From Candidatus Methylomirabilia bacterium (GTDB lineage: Bacteria; Methylomirabilota; Methylomirabilia; Rokubacteriales; CSP1-6): DNA of 64,000 bases. Positions within the stretch are counted from its first letter, which is position 1. Each line of letters begins with the position of its first letter. Shown here piece by piece: positions 9,540 to 20,609 of the stretch. The DNA lies in contig JBGQHJ010000003.1 in assembly GCA_041497895.1 (NCBI GenBank), forward strand, positions 1 to 64,000, read 5' to 3'. A program made the translations under genes and the position numbers. The notes beneath the pieces are model-generated. The model was not told the DNA's origin. It did not search any database and saw only the letters and a program-made list of their open reading frames with translations.

Positions 9540-11129
9540 TCATGGATTCGCGGCCAGGAACGCGCGGGCCTGGGTGAGATCGGGCCGCGCGTCGCCGGCG
9601 CCCGCCATGTCGACCAGCTTGACGTAGTAGTGCCGGGCCTTCGCCCGGTCGCCGCTCTGCACCGCGGCGCGGGCCGCCCCCGCGTAGCCCCGGAAGCGCC
9701 CGGGCTCGCGGAGCTGGGCGGTCTCGAACTCCTTCAGGGCCTCCGCGGGCCGCTTCAGCTCGAGCAGCATGTCGCCGAGCAGCTCGCGGGCGGGCAGGAT
9801 GCGCCCGGGGGTCACGATGTGCTTCTCGCTGTGGTCCTCCGCGTCCGCCGCGCCCCGCATCAGGGCGAGCGCGTCGTCCGACTTGCCCCGCGCGAGCGCG
9901 GCCCACGCGGCCACGCCCAGGCGGCTCACCTCGACCTCGGTGGCCCAGTACTCGTTCTTCGCGGCCTTGAGCGCGTCGCGCAGTCGCGCCAGCTCCTGCA
10001 CTTCCTTCTCGGCTGCCGTCGCGTCCCCGGTGCGGGCCGCCCCGAGCCCGCGCGCGAAGTGGGTCAGCGCCTCGGTGAACGGAAACGCGCTCGTGGTCGG
10101 CTCGAGCTTCGTGGCCGCCGCCCAGTCGCCCCGCTCGACCGCGTAGCGGGCGGGCATGGCGGCCTGCGCGTAGGGTCCGGCGAAGCGGACGAACCGCACG
10201 ACCTGGCCGCGCTCGTCGATCACCCGGCGCGCGTCCGTATCGCGCGCGAGCTGCAGGTAGGCGTAGATCATGTAGTCCATCGCGTGGGACTGCTCGTCAC
10301 CGTCGCCGTCGCGGCGGGCCGCCGCGGCGGAGCGGGTGTTGGTCTCGGCGGACTCGGTCCAGAGCCCGACGCGGGTGAAGATGTGCGACGGCATGTGCAG
10401 CGCGTGCGGCGCGGCGGGCGCGATGCCCGCGTAGCGGCGCGCCGCCGGCACCCCCTTCGGGGCGATCGGCGGGGCGTCGTAGCTGTGGATCAGGTAGTGG
10501 GCGACCCCGGGATGGTCGGGGTGCTTCACGAACTGCTTCTCGAGGATGTCGGCCGCGGTCAGGTAGGCCTTGTAGGTCTGGTCGGACAGCGACTGCGTCC
10601 CCGCGAGATACAGCGCGTAGAAGATCTGCGCCTCGTCGTCGCCCGGGTAGCGGGCGGCGAGCGCCTCGAAGGCCCGGGCCCGGTTCTGCTGGCGGGTGCG
10701 CTCGGGACGGTTGGCCCAGTCCTCGTAGTACGCCCCGACCGCCTCGATGTAGTCGCGCTCGCGCTGGGTCTTCGCCCCGATCTTCCGTCCCTCGTCGAGC
10801 GCGGCCTGCGCGCGCTCCGCCCACTCCTTCGGAGGCCCGATGCTCGCGAGCGGGTTGTTCATCAGGAGCGCCGCGATGCCCCAGGTCGCGATCGCGCACG
10901 ACGGGTCCTGGGCGAGCACGTCCCGGAAGGAACGCTCGCCCGGGCCATAGTTGAAGGAGTGCAGCATGGCGACCGAGCGCTGGAATGTCTCCTGCACCCC
11001 CGGCGCGCAGGAGTTCGAGAAGTCGACGGTGCCGAGCCGCTCCGGGGCCTGCGCCCGGCCCGTGGCCGGCGCGAGCGATGCGAGTAAGAGGCTCAGCATC
11101 ACGAGCCTTGTCGAGGTCTGCATTTTCAT
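9540..11129 (-). CDS. Exported TPR-like repeat protein
   Basis: Signal peptide; LGTVDFSNSC, HPDHPGVAHYLIHSYD and PHALHMPSHIFTRVG; helical repeats. Confidence 0.8.
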   Translation of the reverse strand: MKMQTSTRLVMLSLLLASLAPATGRAQAPERLGTVDFSNSCAPGVQETFQRSVAMLHSFNYGPGERSFRDVLAQDPSCAIATWGIAALLMNNPLASIGPPKEWAERAQAALDEGRKIGAKTQRERDYIEAVGAYYEDWANRPERTRQQNRARAFEALAARYPGDDEAQIFYALYLAGTQSLSDQTYKAYLTAADILEKQFVKHPDHPGVAHYLIHSYDAPPIAPKGVPAARRYAGIAPAAPHALHMPSHIFTRVGLWTESAETNTRSAAAARRDGDGDEQSHAMDYMIYAYLQLARDTDARRVIDERGQVVRFVRFAGPYAQAAMPARYAVERGDWAAATKLEPTTSAFPFTEALTHFARGLGAARTGDATAAEKEVQELARLRDALKAAKNEYWATEVEVSRLGVAAWAALARGKSDDALALMRGAADAEDHSEKHIVTPGRILPARELLGDMLLELKRPAEALKEFETAQLREPGRFRGYAGAARAAVQSGDRAKARHYYVKLVDMAGAGDARPDLTQARAFLAANP

Positions 11130-11149
11130 GGTGGTCTCCTGCTTGGATC

Positions 11150-12274
11150 CTATCCCAGTTCGGCCAGGATCTCCTTGCGATGCTGATCGAGCGACGGCGC
11201 CACCGCCCGCGGCGTCCCGCTGCGGAGCGGCGGCAGACCGGGCACCTGCGGCACCGGAACCCGGCCGAGGCCCGGCTGCTCGATCCAGGTCACCGCGCCG
11301 ATGGCCTTCACGTGCGGATCGTCCAGGAACTCGAGGTAGGTGTTCACCCGCTGGTGCATGAGCCGTGCGCCGCGTAGCCGCGCGGAGAGATCCGCGGTGG
11401 TGCGCCGGGCGAACGCGGGCTCGAGCAGCGCGTTGAGGGCGGTCACGTTCGCGAACCGCGAGTCGTTGGTGGCGAAGCGGGGATCGCTCTTGGCCGCGGG
11501 GATCTCGAGCGCGTCGCAGAGCACCGGGAAGTCCGCGTCGCGCAGGATCGTCAGGTTGATCCAGCCGTCGCTCGCCTTGAAGGTACCCGACGGGGTGAGG
11601 CCCGGTTGCGGCTTGCCGCCCTCCAGATGGTGCTGGATCATCGACACCGCCTGGATCGTCGAGCCGCCACGCAGCAGGCTCGACTCGATGTAGCGGCCGC
11701 GCGGCTCGTCGCGCCGGGCATAGAGCGCCACCGCCATCGCCTGGAAGTTGCTCAGCGCGGTGGCCATGTCCATCACGATCACCGGCACGCGGTGGGGGAT
11801 GCCGTCGAGCCCGCGGTTCACCGACATGAGGCCGGTGAAGGCCTGGAACACGGTGTCGACCGCGGGCCGCTCGGCGTCGGGGCCGGTCTGGCCGAAGCCC
11901 GATACCGAGAGATAGATGACGCGCGGGTTGATCGCCTCGACGTCCGGATACCCGATGCCGAGCCGGGTGGCCACGCCCGGCCGGAAGGATTCGAGGAACA
12001 CGTCGGCGGTGCCCACGAGGCGTCTCAGGATCTGCTGGTCCTCCGCGGTCTTGAGGTCGAGCACGATCGAGCGCTTGCCGAGGTTGGCCGCGATGGCGAA
12101 CGCGGTCAGGTCGCCGTAGCGCTTGCCGAGCGCGCGCGCCCAGTCGCCCTCCGGCGGCTCCACCTTGACCACGTCGGCGCCGTACTGGGCGAGCAGCATG
12201 GCCGAGTAGGGCCCGGCGATGCCCTGGCTCAGGTCCACCACCTTGAGGCCGGCGAAGGGCGCGTCGTAACTCAT
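11150..12274 (-). CDS. CaiB/BaiF family III CoA-transferase
   Basis: GLKVVDLSQGIAGP, GADVVKVEPPEGD, NLGKRSIVLDLK and SGFGQTGP. Confidence 0.93.
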   Translation of the reverse strand: MSYDAPFAGLKVVDLSQGIAGPYSAMLLAQYGADVVKVEPPEGDWARALGKRYGDLTAFAIAANLGKRSIVLDLKTAEDQQILRRLVGTADVFLESFRPGVATRLGIGYPDVEAINPRVIYLSVSGFGQTGPDAERPAVDTVFQAFTGLMSVNRGLDGIPHRVPVIVMDMATALSNFQAMAVALYARRDEPRGRYIESSLLRGGSTIQAVSMIQHHLEGGKPQPGLTPSGTFKASDGWINLTILRDADFPVLCDALEIPAAKSDPRFATNDSRFANVTALNALLEPAFARRTTADLSARLRGARLMHQRVNTYLEFLDDPHVKAIGAVTWIEQPGLGRVPVPQVPGLPPLRSGTPRAVAPSLDQHRKEILAELG

Positions 12275-12340
12275 CGGGTGCGTTCCTCCGGGACTGGGCG
12301 ATAATGACGCCCGCAGATCATACCGCGAGGGAGGGACGCT

Positions 12341-12799
12341 ATGCTCAAGGTGGAGAAGCCCCAGGATTTGCTCCAGCACGTGGGCGAGGAGCTGGGTCCG
12401 TCGGAGTGGCTCACGGTGACCCAGGAGATGATCGACAAGTTCGCGGACGCCACCGGGGACCACCAGTGGATCCACGTGGACGTGGAGCGGGCCAAGAAGG
12501 AGATGCCGGGCGGCAAGACCATCGCCCACGGCTACCTCACGCTGTCGCTCCTGCCCCGGCTCGCCCCGACGCTCATGAAGGTCGAGAAGCGCCGGCGCGG
12601 GCTCAACTACGGATCGAATCGCGTGCGCTTCACCGCGCCGGTGCCCGCGGGGGCGCGCGTCCGGCTGCGCCAGAAGCTGGTCAAGGTGGAGCCGGTGGAG
12701 GACAACGGCTTCCGGGTGACCAGCGAGATGACCATGGAGGTCGAGGGCAACTCGCGCCCCGCCATGGTCGCGGAGACGCTCGGCATCGTCTACGGCTAG
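12341..12799 (+). CDS. MaoC-family dehydratase
   Basis: FADATGDHQWIHVD, TIAHGYLTLS and NYGSNRVRF. Confidence 0.93.
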   Translation: MLKVEKPQDLLQHVGEELGPSEWLTVTQEMIDKFADATGDHQWIHVDVERAKKEMPGGKTIAHGYLTLSLLPRLAPTLMKVEKRRRGLNYGSNRVRFTAPVPAGARVRLRQKLVKVEPVEDNGFRVTSEMTMEVEGNSRPAMVAETLGIVYG

Positions 12800-12800
12800 C

Positions 12801-12845
12801 CCCCTTCTCCCTCTCCCCTCCGGGGTGAGGGCAGGGTGAGGGGTC
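12801..12845. repeat. REP-like palindrome (CCCTCTCCCC-TCC-GGGGTGAGGG-CAGGGTGAGGGG) between convergent genes; possible terminator
   Basis: Near-perfect 10-bp stem plus a duplicated arm. Confidence 0.7.
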
Positions 12846-13421
12846 CTACGCGCGCGCGCCGGTCACCTTCGCCCGCACGTCGGCCACCTGCTGGTGGAAC
12901 GGGGTGCTCGGCCCCGCGGTCATCGGGGTGCTCTCCGCGAGCCCGGTCATGAGCTGCACCAGGATCGGACCGTCCTCGGTGAGGAAGCCGGGCAGACGCT
13001 TCTTGAGCTCGTCGAGGCTGCTGAGCGTGTAGGTGTTCCGGTAGCCCGCCGCCTTCGCCATCGCCGCGAAGTCCACCCCCTGCCCGCCCGGCGTCTCCTG
13101 CGAACCCGAGGTGTGGTAGACCCCATTCTTGAAGAGCAGGTGCGTGAAGTTGCGCGGCGCCGCGCCCGCGATGGTGGCGAGCGAGCCGAGCTGCATGAGC
13201 AGCGAGCCGTCGCCGTCGAAGACGATCACGCGCCGGTCCGGGGCGCCCAGGGCCAGGCCGAGCCCCATCGCGGAGGCGCCGCCCATGAACCCCACGCAGC
13301 CCACCGAGAGATCGTCGGGGGCGAGCTTGCGCCAGGCCGGGGCGGTGGTCATGGTGGGCACGCAGATGGCGGTGCCGCGGGCGGCCGCGATCAGCTCGAG
13401 GACCTCCTCCGGCTTCATCAT
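12846..13421 (-). CDS. TPP-dependent decarboxylase beta subunit (ComE/phosphonopyruvate decarboxylase C-terminal-like)
   Basis: GFMGGAS and DGDGSLLMQLG...KNGVYHTSGSQ (GDGX24-27N TPP motif variant). Confidence 0.85.
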   Translation of the reverse strand: MMKPEEVLELIAAARGTAICVPTMTTAPAWRKLAPDDLSVGCVGFMGGASAMGLGLALGAPDRRVIVFDGDGSLLMQLGSLATIAGAAPRNFTHLLFKNGVYHTSGSQETPGGQGVDFAAMAKAAGYRNTYTLSSLDELKKRLPGFLTEDGPILVQLMTGLAESTPMTAGPSTPFHQQVADVRAKVTGARA

Positions 13422-13960
13422 CACGCGGTCTCCAGGCCGACGAGCACCGCGGCCGGCCCCTGCCGCTCGCGGCTCTTGCGGTAGTACTCGGGGATCAGCT
13501 TCACGTCGTCCGGGCCTTCCATGCGGGCGTGGGGGATGCCGAACACGTCGAGCAGCGGCTCGGCGAAGCGGACCATCGAGTGGCGCGAGTCCTTCGGATC
13601 CTTGTCCTTCTCGCGGCTCAGGAGCCCGATCATGTAGAAGATCGGGACCTTGCCGTCCATCGAGATGCCGCGGATCGTGTTCACGCTCGCGTAGAGCCCG
13701 GCGTGCTGGATCATCACGATCACCGGCTCGCCGGTCATGTAGAGCCCGGCGGCCACCGCGTTGGCGTCGTCCTCGGTCGAGCACGTCAGCACCCGCAGGC
13801 TCCGCTCCTTGTCGAGCGCGGCCAGCACGCTCTTCTGGTGCGTGTCGGGCACGCTGATGATCCAGCCGAGCGGATCCTGGCGCTTCCCGCTGCGGCGCTC
13901 CGCCTGGAAGATCTCCTTGAACGCGTCGATGATGAGAGAGGACGGGACCGATTCGGGCAT
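13421..13960 (-). CDS. TPP-dependent decarboxylase alpha subunit (ComD-like PYR domain)
   Basis: SVPDT, CSTEDDANAVAAGLY and MIQHAGLYASVN; translationally coupled to the beta subunit. Confidence 0.8.
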   Translation of the reverse strand: MPESVPSSLIIDAFKEIFQAERRSGKRQDPLGWIISVPDTHQKSVLAALDKERSLRVLTCSTEDDANAVAAGLYMTGEPVIVMIQHAGLYASVNTIRGISMDGKVPIFYMIGLLSREKDKDPKDSRHSMVRFAEPLLDVFGIPHARMEGPDDVKLIPEYYRKSRERQGPAAVLVGLETA

Positions 13961-14106
13961 TGGGCTCCTCCTGGGAATGCGCGGCTCCCCCGCGGGACCA
14001 GCGGAGAGTCTGCCACAGGACGCGGGCCTCGCGAAAGCGCTACGTGAGACCCCGGGGCCGGCGACGGGCCGCTGGTGCGGCGTGTTACGCTGCGTGTACC
14101 GCTCCG

Positions 14107-14433
14107 ATGACCTCCTCACCGCCGCTGCCGGATCTTCTCCTGGAGCAGGACGGGCGTCACCCGTTCTGGCTACGCGTGATCTTCCTGGTCGCGGCGCTCG
14201 TGTGCCTCGCGGCCGGGATGGTCGGCTGGCTCATCCCGGTCGTCAGCGGCATCCCGTTCTACGTCGCGGGCCTCGTGTTCCTGGGCCTGGCCAGCGACCG
14301 GACGCGCCGCTTCATCAATCGCCTGGAGCGACGACTCGCCGAGAGCACGCGGCGGAAGGTTCGGCGGCTGCTCGCCAAGGTGCCCGGCGCCTGGCTGCGC
14401 CGCCTCGTCCACATTCCGGACGAGATCGACTGA
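14107..14433 (+). CDS. Small membrane protein (DUF454/PGPGW-like)
   Basis: Hydrophobic hairpin GWLIPVVSGIPF followed by a basic amphipathic tail. Confidence 0.65.
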   Translation: MTSSPPLPDLLLEQDGRHPFWLRVIFLVAALVCLAAGMVGWLIPVVSGIPFYVAGLVFLGLASDRTRRFINRLERRLAESTRRKVRRLLAKVPGAWLRRLVHIPDEID

Positions 14434-14456
14434 CCCGGATCATCTAGAATAGCGGC

Positions 14457-15521
14457 ATGCTCCCTCGACTCGGCCGGGCGGCCGCCCTCGCGGGGCTGCT
14501 CGTCCTGCCGGTCCCCGCCTGGGCGGCCGATACCCTGGCCACGGAAGAGGGGCAGACCCTCGACGTCCGCCACCTCTCGCCCGAGCAGCGCCGCCGGCTC
14601 CTCGCCGGAGACACCATCGCCTACCAGGTGCTCGAGACCAGCGAGACCGAGCTCGGCGCGGGGGTGGCCATGTACCTGGCGGTGCCGCTCGCCCGCGCGT
14701 CCGAGGTGCTCACGAGCCCCGACGTCGTCCTGAAGGACCCGAGCATCACCGCATGGGGCCTCATTCCGGCCCGGGCCACCGCGGCGGCCCTCCAGGGCTT
14801 CAAGCTCGCGAGCGGCGAGATGAGCGAGGCCCGGGAGGTACTCGAGGCGGAGGCCGGCCTTCGCTTCAACTTCACCCTCGCCGAGAGCGAGGCGTTTCGC
14901 GCCGCCAAATCCGCCCCCCGCTGCTGCGACCGCGCGGCTGCGCTCGAGACGGCGGCCGCCCAGTGGCGGATGCTCCTTCTCCAGCGCGCGCAGGCCTTCC
15001 AGGCGCGCGGCCTCGACGGCGCCGCGCCCTACGCGCGGCGCGGGGGCGCCAGCGACCCGGCCGCGCTTCTGCGCGTGGCCGCGGGCGACGCGCGCGTCGT
15101 GGCTCCCTTCGCGCCGAGCCTCGGCGAGGCGTTACTGCGTTACCCGGCCGATCAGAGCCCCACCTCGATCAGCCAGATCTACTGGGTGAAGCGCCAGGTG
15201 CAGGGCCGGCCCACGCCGATCCTGATCCACCACCTGGTCGACGTGACCCCCGCGCTCGCGCTCTACGTGGAGCGGCAGTTCTACGTCGGACACACCTACA
15301 ACGCGAGCCAGATCCTCTGCGCCGCGGTGCCCTACGAGGACGGCGTGGTGATCCTGTCGAGCAACCGGGTCTCCACCGACCAGGTGGCGGGCTTCGGCGG
15401 CGACATGAAGCGCATGATCGGGCGGCGGCAGCTCCGGGCCGAGATCGTCAAGCGCTTCGACCGGATTCGCGCCGCGCTGGCGCGCCCGACGGCACCGCCC
15501 GAGCGCGTGGAGAGCCCCTAG
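14457..15521 (+). CDS. Exported hypothetical protein
   Basis: Signal peptide ending AWA; coding-like bias; ERQFYVGHTYNASQ segment. Confidence 0.75.
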   Translation: MLPRLGRAAALAGLLVLPVPAWAADTLATEEGQTLDVRHLSPEQRRRLLAGDTIAYQVLETSETELGAGVAMYLAVPLARASEVLTSPDVVLKDPSITAWGLIPARATAAALQGFKLASGEMSEAREVLEAEAGLRFNFTLAESEAFRAAKSAPRCCDRAAALETAAAQWRMLLLQRAQAFQARGLDGAAPYARRGGASDPAALLRVAAGDARVVAPFAPSLGEALLRYPADQSPTSISQIYWVKRQVQGRPTPILIHHLVDVTPALALYVERQFYVGHTYNASQILCAAVPYEDGVVILSSNRVSTDQVAGFGGDMKRMIGRRQLRAEIVKRFDRIRAALARPTAPPERVESP

Positions 15522-15522
15522 C

Positions 15523-16322
15523 CTAGTCGCCCAGCACGCGCCGGCGCAGCAGACGCAGGTCGAGCGGCACCAGGATCGCCAGCATGAGCGCCGACAGGCC
15601 GACCACGCCGGCCAGGTGACCCGCCACCGGCCCGCCGATCAGGATGCCGCGGAAAGCCTGGGCCAGGTGATAGAGCGGGTTGCCCGCGTTCAGCGCGACC
15701 AGCACCGGATGCTCGAGCGGGAAGTAGGTCGACGAGAGCAGCCCCATCGGCAGCACGAGCAGGAACACCGGCAGGTTCATGTGGTCGATCGTCGGCACGA
15801 TGGCGGTGAAGCAGAGACCGAGGGCCGCGAAGGCGCAGCCCGCCACGAACGCGATGGGCCACAGCACCGGGAGCCATCGCAGATCGAGCGAGAGCAGCCC
15901 GGTCCACTGGATCACGACCAGCACCGCCGACACGATGACCACGTACATGGTCGCGAGCAGACCCGCCCACAGCACCTCGCCCCACACCACGTGCGTCAGC
16001 TCGATCTGGGTCGTGAGCTGGCCCTCCCACGTGCGCTGATAGCGCATCCGGATGAAGGCCCCGAACAGCGACTGGAAGAGCGCGGTCATGAAGGTGGCGT
16101 AGGCGAGCAGGCCCGGCGCCACGTAGGTCATGTACTCGATCGGATGGCCCTGCCACGTGAGGGTCGCCACGTAGCCGCCGAGCCCCACCCCGAAGGCCAC
16201 CAGCATGGTCACCGGCTCCACCGCGGGGGGCAGGAACGCGGTGTACCAGTTCCGCATGTAGACGCGCAGGTGACGCCCCACCACCGCGCGGCTCTGCCAC
16301 TCGAGGGCCGAGACGAGCCACC

Positions 16323-16326
<4 letters not shown>
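15523..16326 (-). CDS. ABC-2 type exporter permease (NodJ-like)
   Basis: EPVTMLVAFGVGLG, YMTYVAPG, LSSTYFPL and NPLYH. Confidence 0.9.
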
Positions 16327-17225
<899 letters not shown>

Positions 17226-17310
17226 AGCGTCCTAGTCTACCGGACTTGACAAGCCCCGGCCGCGGGAGTCAGTGTCTCGGCGTCCCAGGCCGCGCCCAGG
17301 AGACAGCCCG

Positions 17311-17772
17311 ATGAAGAGCAAGCGCCCGCGGAAGCCGGCCCGCTCCAAGCGCCCCGCGTCGAAGCGACGTCCCGCGCCCGCGCGGAGCCCGCGCGATCCG
17401 CTCCTGGCGCCCATGGCCGGCGCCTCTCACCGTGTGGTGGGCGGCGTCACCATCGACATCATGGAGGCGGCCAACGGGCGCGTGAAGCGCGTCTGCTACC
17501 CGCCCGGCTTCCGCTGGTCCACCCACATGAAGCCGATCGTGAAGACGGCGCTCTGCATGCACGCCCACGTGGGCTTCCTCGCCCGCGGCCACGTGCGCGG
17601 CACCTACGCGGACGGCTGCGCGTTCGACGTGGCCGCGCCGCGCGCGGTCGTGCTCGACCCGGGCCACGACGCGTGGGTCGTCGGCCGGGAGCCCGCGGTG
17701 CTCATCGAGTTCGACGCGCTCAACCGCACCGCCGAGCGCTTCGGCCTGCCGCCCACCCACCAGCACGTCTGA
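17311..17772 (+). CDS. Cupin-domain protein
   Basis: PGFRWSTHMKP, CMHAHVG and PGHDAWVVG; basic N-terminal tail. Confidence 0.8.
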   Translation: MKSKRPRKPARSKRPASKRRPAPARSPRDPLLAPMAGASHRVVGGVTIDIMEAANGRVKRVCYPPGFRWSTHMKPIVKTALCMHAHVGFLARGHVRGTYADGCAFDVAAPRAVVLDPGHDAWVVGREPAVLIEFDALNRTAERFGLPPTHQHV

Positions 17773-17796
17773 CCCGATCCGGAGACGACAGAGACC

Positions 17797-18888
17797 ATGG
17801 CTTCCGAGCTCGACGACAAGTTCCAGACCCTGCACGAGATCGTCCGCGCCGCCCGCATGAACCTGGCCCCCGGGCCGTGGGACTACATGGTGGGCGGCAC
17901 CGAGACCGAGACGACGCTCCGGCGCAACCGCCTCGGCATCGACAGCCTGGCCTTCCGGCCGCGCGTGCTCCGCGACGTCTCGCGCATCGACACCGGCGTC
18001 ACCTTCTTCGGCCGGCGCCTGCGCATCCCGGTGATGATGGCGCCGGTCGGCTCCATCGAGACCTTCACCCCGGGCGGCGGCGCCACCGCGGCCAAGGCCT
18101 CGGCCGCGTTCGGCGTGCCCCAGATGCTGAGCTCGGCCTGCAACCCGGGCCTCGAGGCCACCGCGGCCGCCGCCGACAACTTCCGCATCTTCCAGCTCTA
18201 CGTGCGGGGCGACGACGCCTTCGTCGACGACCACGTCAAGCGCGCGAAGGACCACGGCTACCCGGTCTTCTGCATGACGGTGGACACCGCGATGTACAGC
18301 CGCCGGGAGCGCGACCTCGCCCGACGCTTCGTGAAGCCGTGGCGCGTGCGCGCGACCGGGCAGGAGTTCCAGGCCGCGCTCTCGTGGGACAACGTCAAGC
18401 GCTTCAAGGACCGTCACGACCTCCCGCTGATCTTGAAGGGCATCGCCACCGGCGAGGACGCGGCCATCGCCTGCGACCTGGGGGTGGACGGCGTCTACGT
18501 CTCCAACCACGGCGGCCGGCAGCTCGACCACGGCCGCGGCTCGATCGAGGTGCTGCCGGAGGTGGTGAAGGCGGTGGCCGGTCGCTCCACCGTGATCGTG
18601 GACGGCGGCTTCATGCGCGGCACCGACGTGGTGAAGGCCATCGCGCTCGGCGCGCAGGTCGTGGGCCTGGGCCGCCTCACCTGCCTCGGCCTCGCCGCCG
18701 CGGGCGAGGCGGGCCTGGTGCGCGCGCTCGAGCTGCTGGAGGACGAGATCCGCATCGCGATGGGCCTGCTCGGCGTGCACAGCCTGGACATGCTGGACGC
18801 CTCGTACCTGCACCCGGCCACCCCGGTCACCGTCCCGCACGTCACCAGCGCGTTCCCGCTGCTGGATCTCGACGACCGGCGCTACTAG
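17797..18888 (+). CDS. FMN-dependent alpha-hydroxy-acid oxidase/dehydrogenase
   Basis: FRPRVLRDVS, FQLYV, LKGI, VSNHGGRQLD and DGGFMRGTDVVKAIALGA. Confidence 0.95.
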   Translation: MASELDDKFQTLHEIVRAARMNLAPGPWDYMVGGTETETTLRRNRLGIDSLAFRPRVLRDVSRIDTGVTFFGRRLRIPVMMAPVGSIETFTPGGGATAAKASAAFGVPQMLSSACNPGLEATAAAADNFRIFQLYVRGDDAFVDDHVKRAKDHGYPVFCMTVDTAMYSRRERDLARRFVKPWRVRATGQEFQAALSWDNVKRFKDRHDLPLILKGIATGEDAAIACDLGVDGVYVSNHGGRQLDHGRGSIEVLPEVVKAVAGRSTVIVDGGFMRGTDVVKAIALGAQVVGLGRLTCLGLAAAGEAGLVRALELLEDEIRIAMGLLGVHSLDMLDASYLHPATPVTVPHVTSAFPLLDLDDRRY

Positions 18889-18898
18889 GCCCGCTCCC

Positions 18899-20485
18899 GT
18901 GCTCGACCTCAAGATCACGGGCGGGCAGCTCATCGACGGCACCGGCGCGCCCGCGCGCCGCGGCGACGTGGGGGTGAGCGGCGACGCCATCACCGCGGTC
19001 GGCGATCTCTCCCGCGAGCCGGCCGGGCGCACCATCGACGCGAGCGGGCGCACCGTCACCCCCGGCTTCATCGATATGCACTCGCACTCCGACTGGCGCC
19101 TCTGGGACAACCGGCGCGCCGAGTCGAAGATCCGCCAGGGCGTCACCACCGAGGTGGTCGGCAACTGCGGCTTCTCCCCCGCCCCGGTCTCCGATCAGTT
19201 CCGCGCCGAGATGAAGGGCTTCGCCCTCTACCTGCCGGCCGGGATGGACTTCTCGTGGAAGTCGGTCCGCGAATTCCTCGCGCGCTACGAGGGTGAGGGC
19301 ATCGCGCTCAACGTGGCGCAGCTGATCGGCCACGGCACGCTGCGCCTGGCCGCGATGGGCTTCGCGCGCCGGCCGCCCACCGCGGCGGAGCAGGCCACGA
19401 TGGAGCGGATGATGGACGAGGCGATGGCCGACGGGGCCTACGGCCTCGCCACCGGCCTCATCTACGCGCCCGGCTCCTACGCGGCCACCGAGGAGATCAT
19501 CGGCATCGCCCGCCGCACCGGCGGCCGCCGCGGCTTCTACGCGAGCCACATCCGCGGCGAGGGCGCGACGCTGCTCGACGCGGTGGCCGAGGCCATCCGC
19601 GTCGGTCGCGAGGGCGGGCTGCCCACCCAGGTGAGCCACGTCAAGGCCGCGGGCCGGCCGAACTGGGGCAAGGTGGCGGATGCGCTCGCCCTCATCGACG
19701 CGGCGCGCGCCCAGGGCCAGGACGTGACGGGCGACGTCTACCCCTACACCGCCTCCAGCACCACGCTACGCACGCTGCTGCCCGACTGGGTGCTCGAAGG
19801 CGGCATCGACGCGATGCTGAAGCGCCTGGCCGAGCCGGGCACGCGCGACCGCATCCGCGCCGAGCTGACCGGCGGCGGCGAGACGCTGCTCCGCGGGCTC
19901 GACTGGTCCGACATCATGGTGGCCTACTCGCCGTCGCGCCCGGACGCGCAGGGCCGCCGCATCGCGGAGATCGCGGCCGCGCGCCGGCAGGACCCGCTGG
20001 ACGCCGCCATCGAGCTGATCGTCGCCGAGCAGGGCAAGGGCTACATGATCCTCTTCCAGCTCGACGAGGCCGATCTGCGGCGGGCGCTCGTGCATCCGCA
20101 CGTCATGGTGGGCTCAGACGGCTCGTCCCTCGCCGCCGACGGCCCCCTCGCGGTCGGCAAGCCGCACCCGCGCAGTTACGGTACGTTCGCGCGCGTGCTC
20201 GGCCGCTACGCGCGCGACGAGCGCGTGCTGTCGCTCGAGACCGCGGTGTGGAAGATGACCGGCCTCCCCGCGCGCCGGCTCGCGCTACCGGACCGCGGAG
20301 TGGTGGCGGTCGGCGCCAAGGCCGACCTCGTGGTATTCGACCCCGCGACCGTGGCCGACCGCGCCACCTACGAGGACCCGCACCAGTACGCGGCTGGCAT
20401 CGGCGACGTCGTCGTGAACGGACGCCTCGTCATCGCGGGCGGCCAGCACACCGGCGCCCTACCCGGCCGCGTCCTTCGGCCCTAA
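18899..20485 (+). CDS. N-acyl-D-amino-acid deacylase (D-aminoacylase)
   Basis: PGFIDMHSHSD, GNCGFS, SHIRGE, DVYPYTASST and PHPRSYGTF. Confidence 0.93.
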   Translation: MLDLKITGGQLIDGTGAPARRGDVGVSGDAITAVGDLSREPAGRTIDASGRTVTPGFIDMHSHSDWRLWDNRRAESKIRQGVTTEVVGNCGFSPAPVSDQFRAEMKGFALYLPAGMDFSWKSVREFLARYEGEGIALNVAQLIGHGTLRLAAMGFARRPPTAAEQATMERMMDEAMADGAYGLATGLIYAPGSYAATEEIIGIARRTGGRRGFYASHIRGEGATLLDAVAEAIRVGREGGLPTQVSHVKAAGRPNWGKVADALALIDAARAQGQDVTGDVYPYTASSTTLRTLLPDWVLEGGIDAMLKRLAEPGTRDRIRAELTGGGETLLRGLDWSDIMVAYSPSRPDAQGRRIAEIAAARRQDPLDAAIELIVAEQGKGYMILFQLDEADLRRALVHPHVMVGSDGSSLAADGPLAVGKPHPRSYGTFARVLGRYARDERVLSLETAVWKMTGLPARRLALPDRGVVAVGAKADLVVFDPATVADRATYEDPHQYAAGIGDVVVNGRLVIAGGQHTGALPGRVLRP

Positions 20486-20609
20486 GAGCGAGCCGACCAA
20501 ATCTGTTCATGATCGACCTACCGCCGGAGACGTGATGAGCGCGCAGGTGAGGTGAACACACTCCGGGCAACGACCCGACGTCGTGTCCTCGCAGCCGCAG
20601 TCAATTCCC

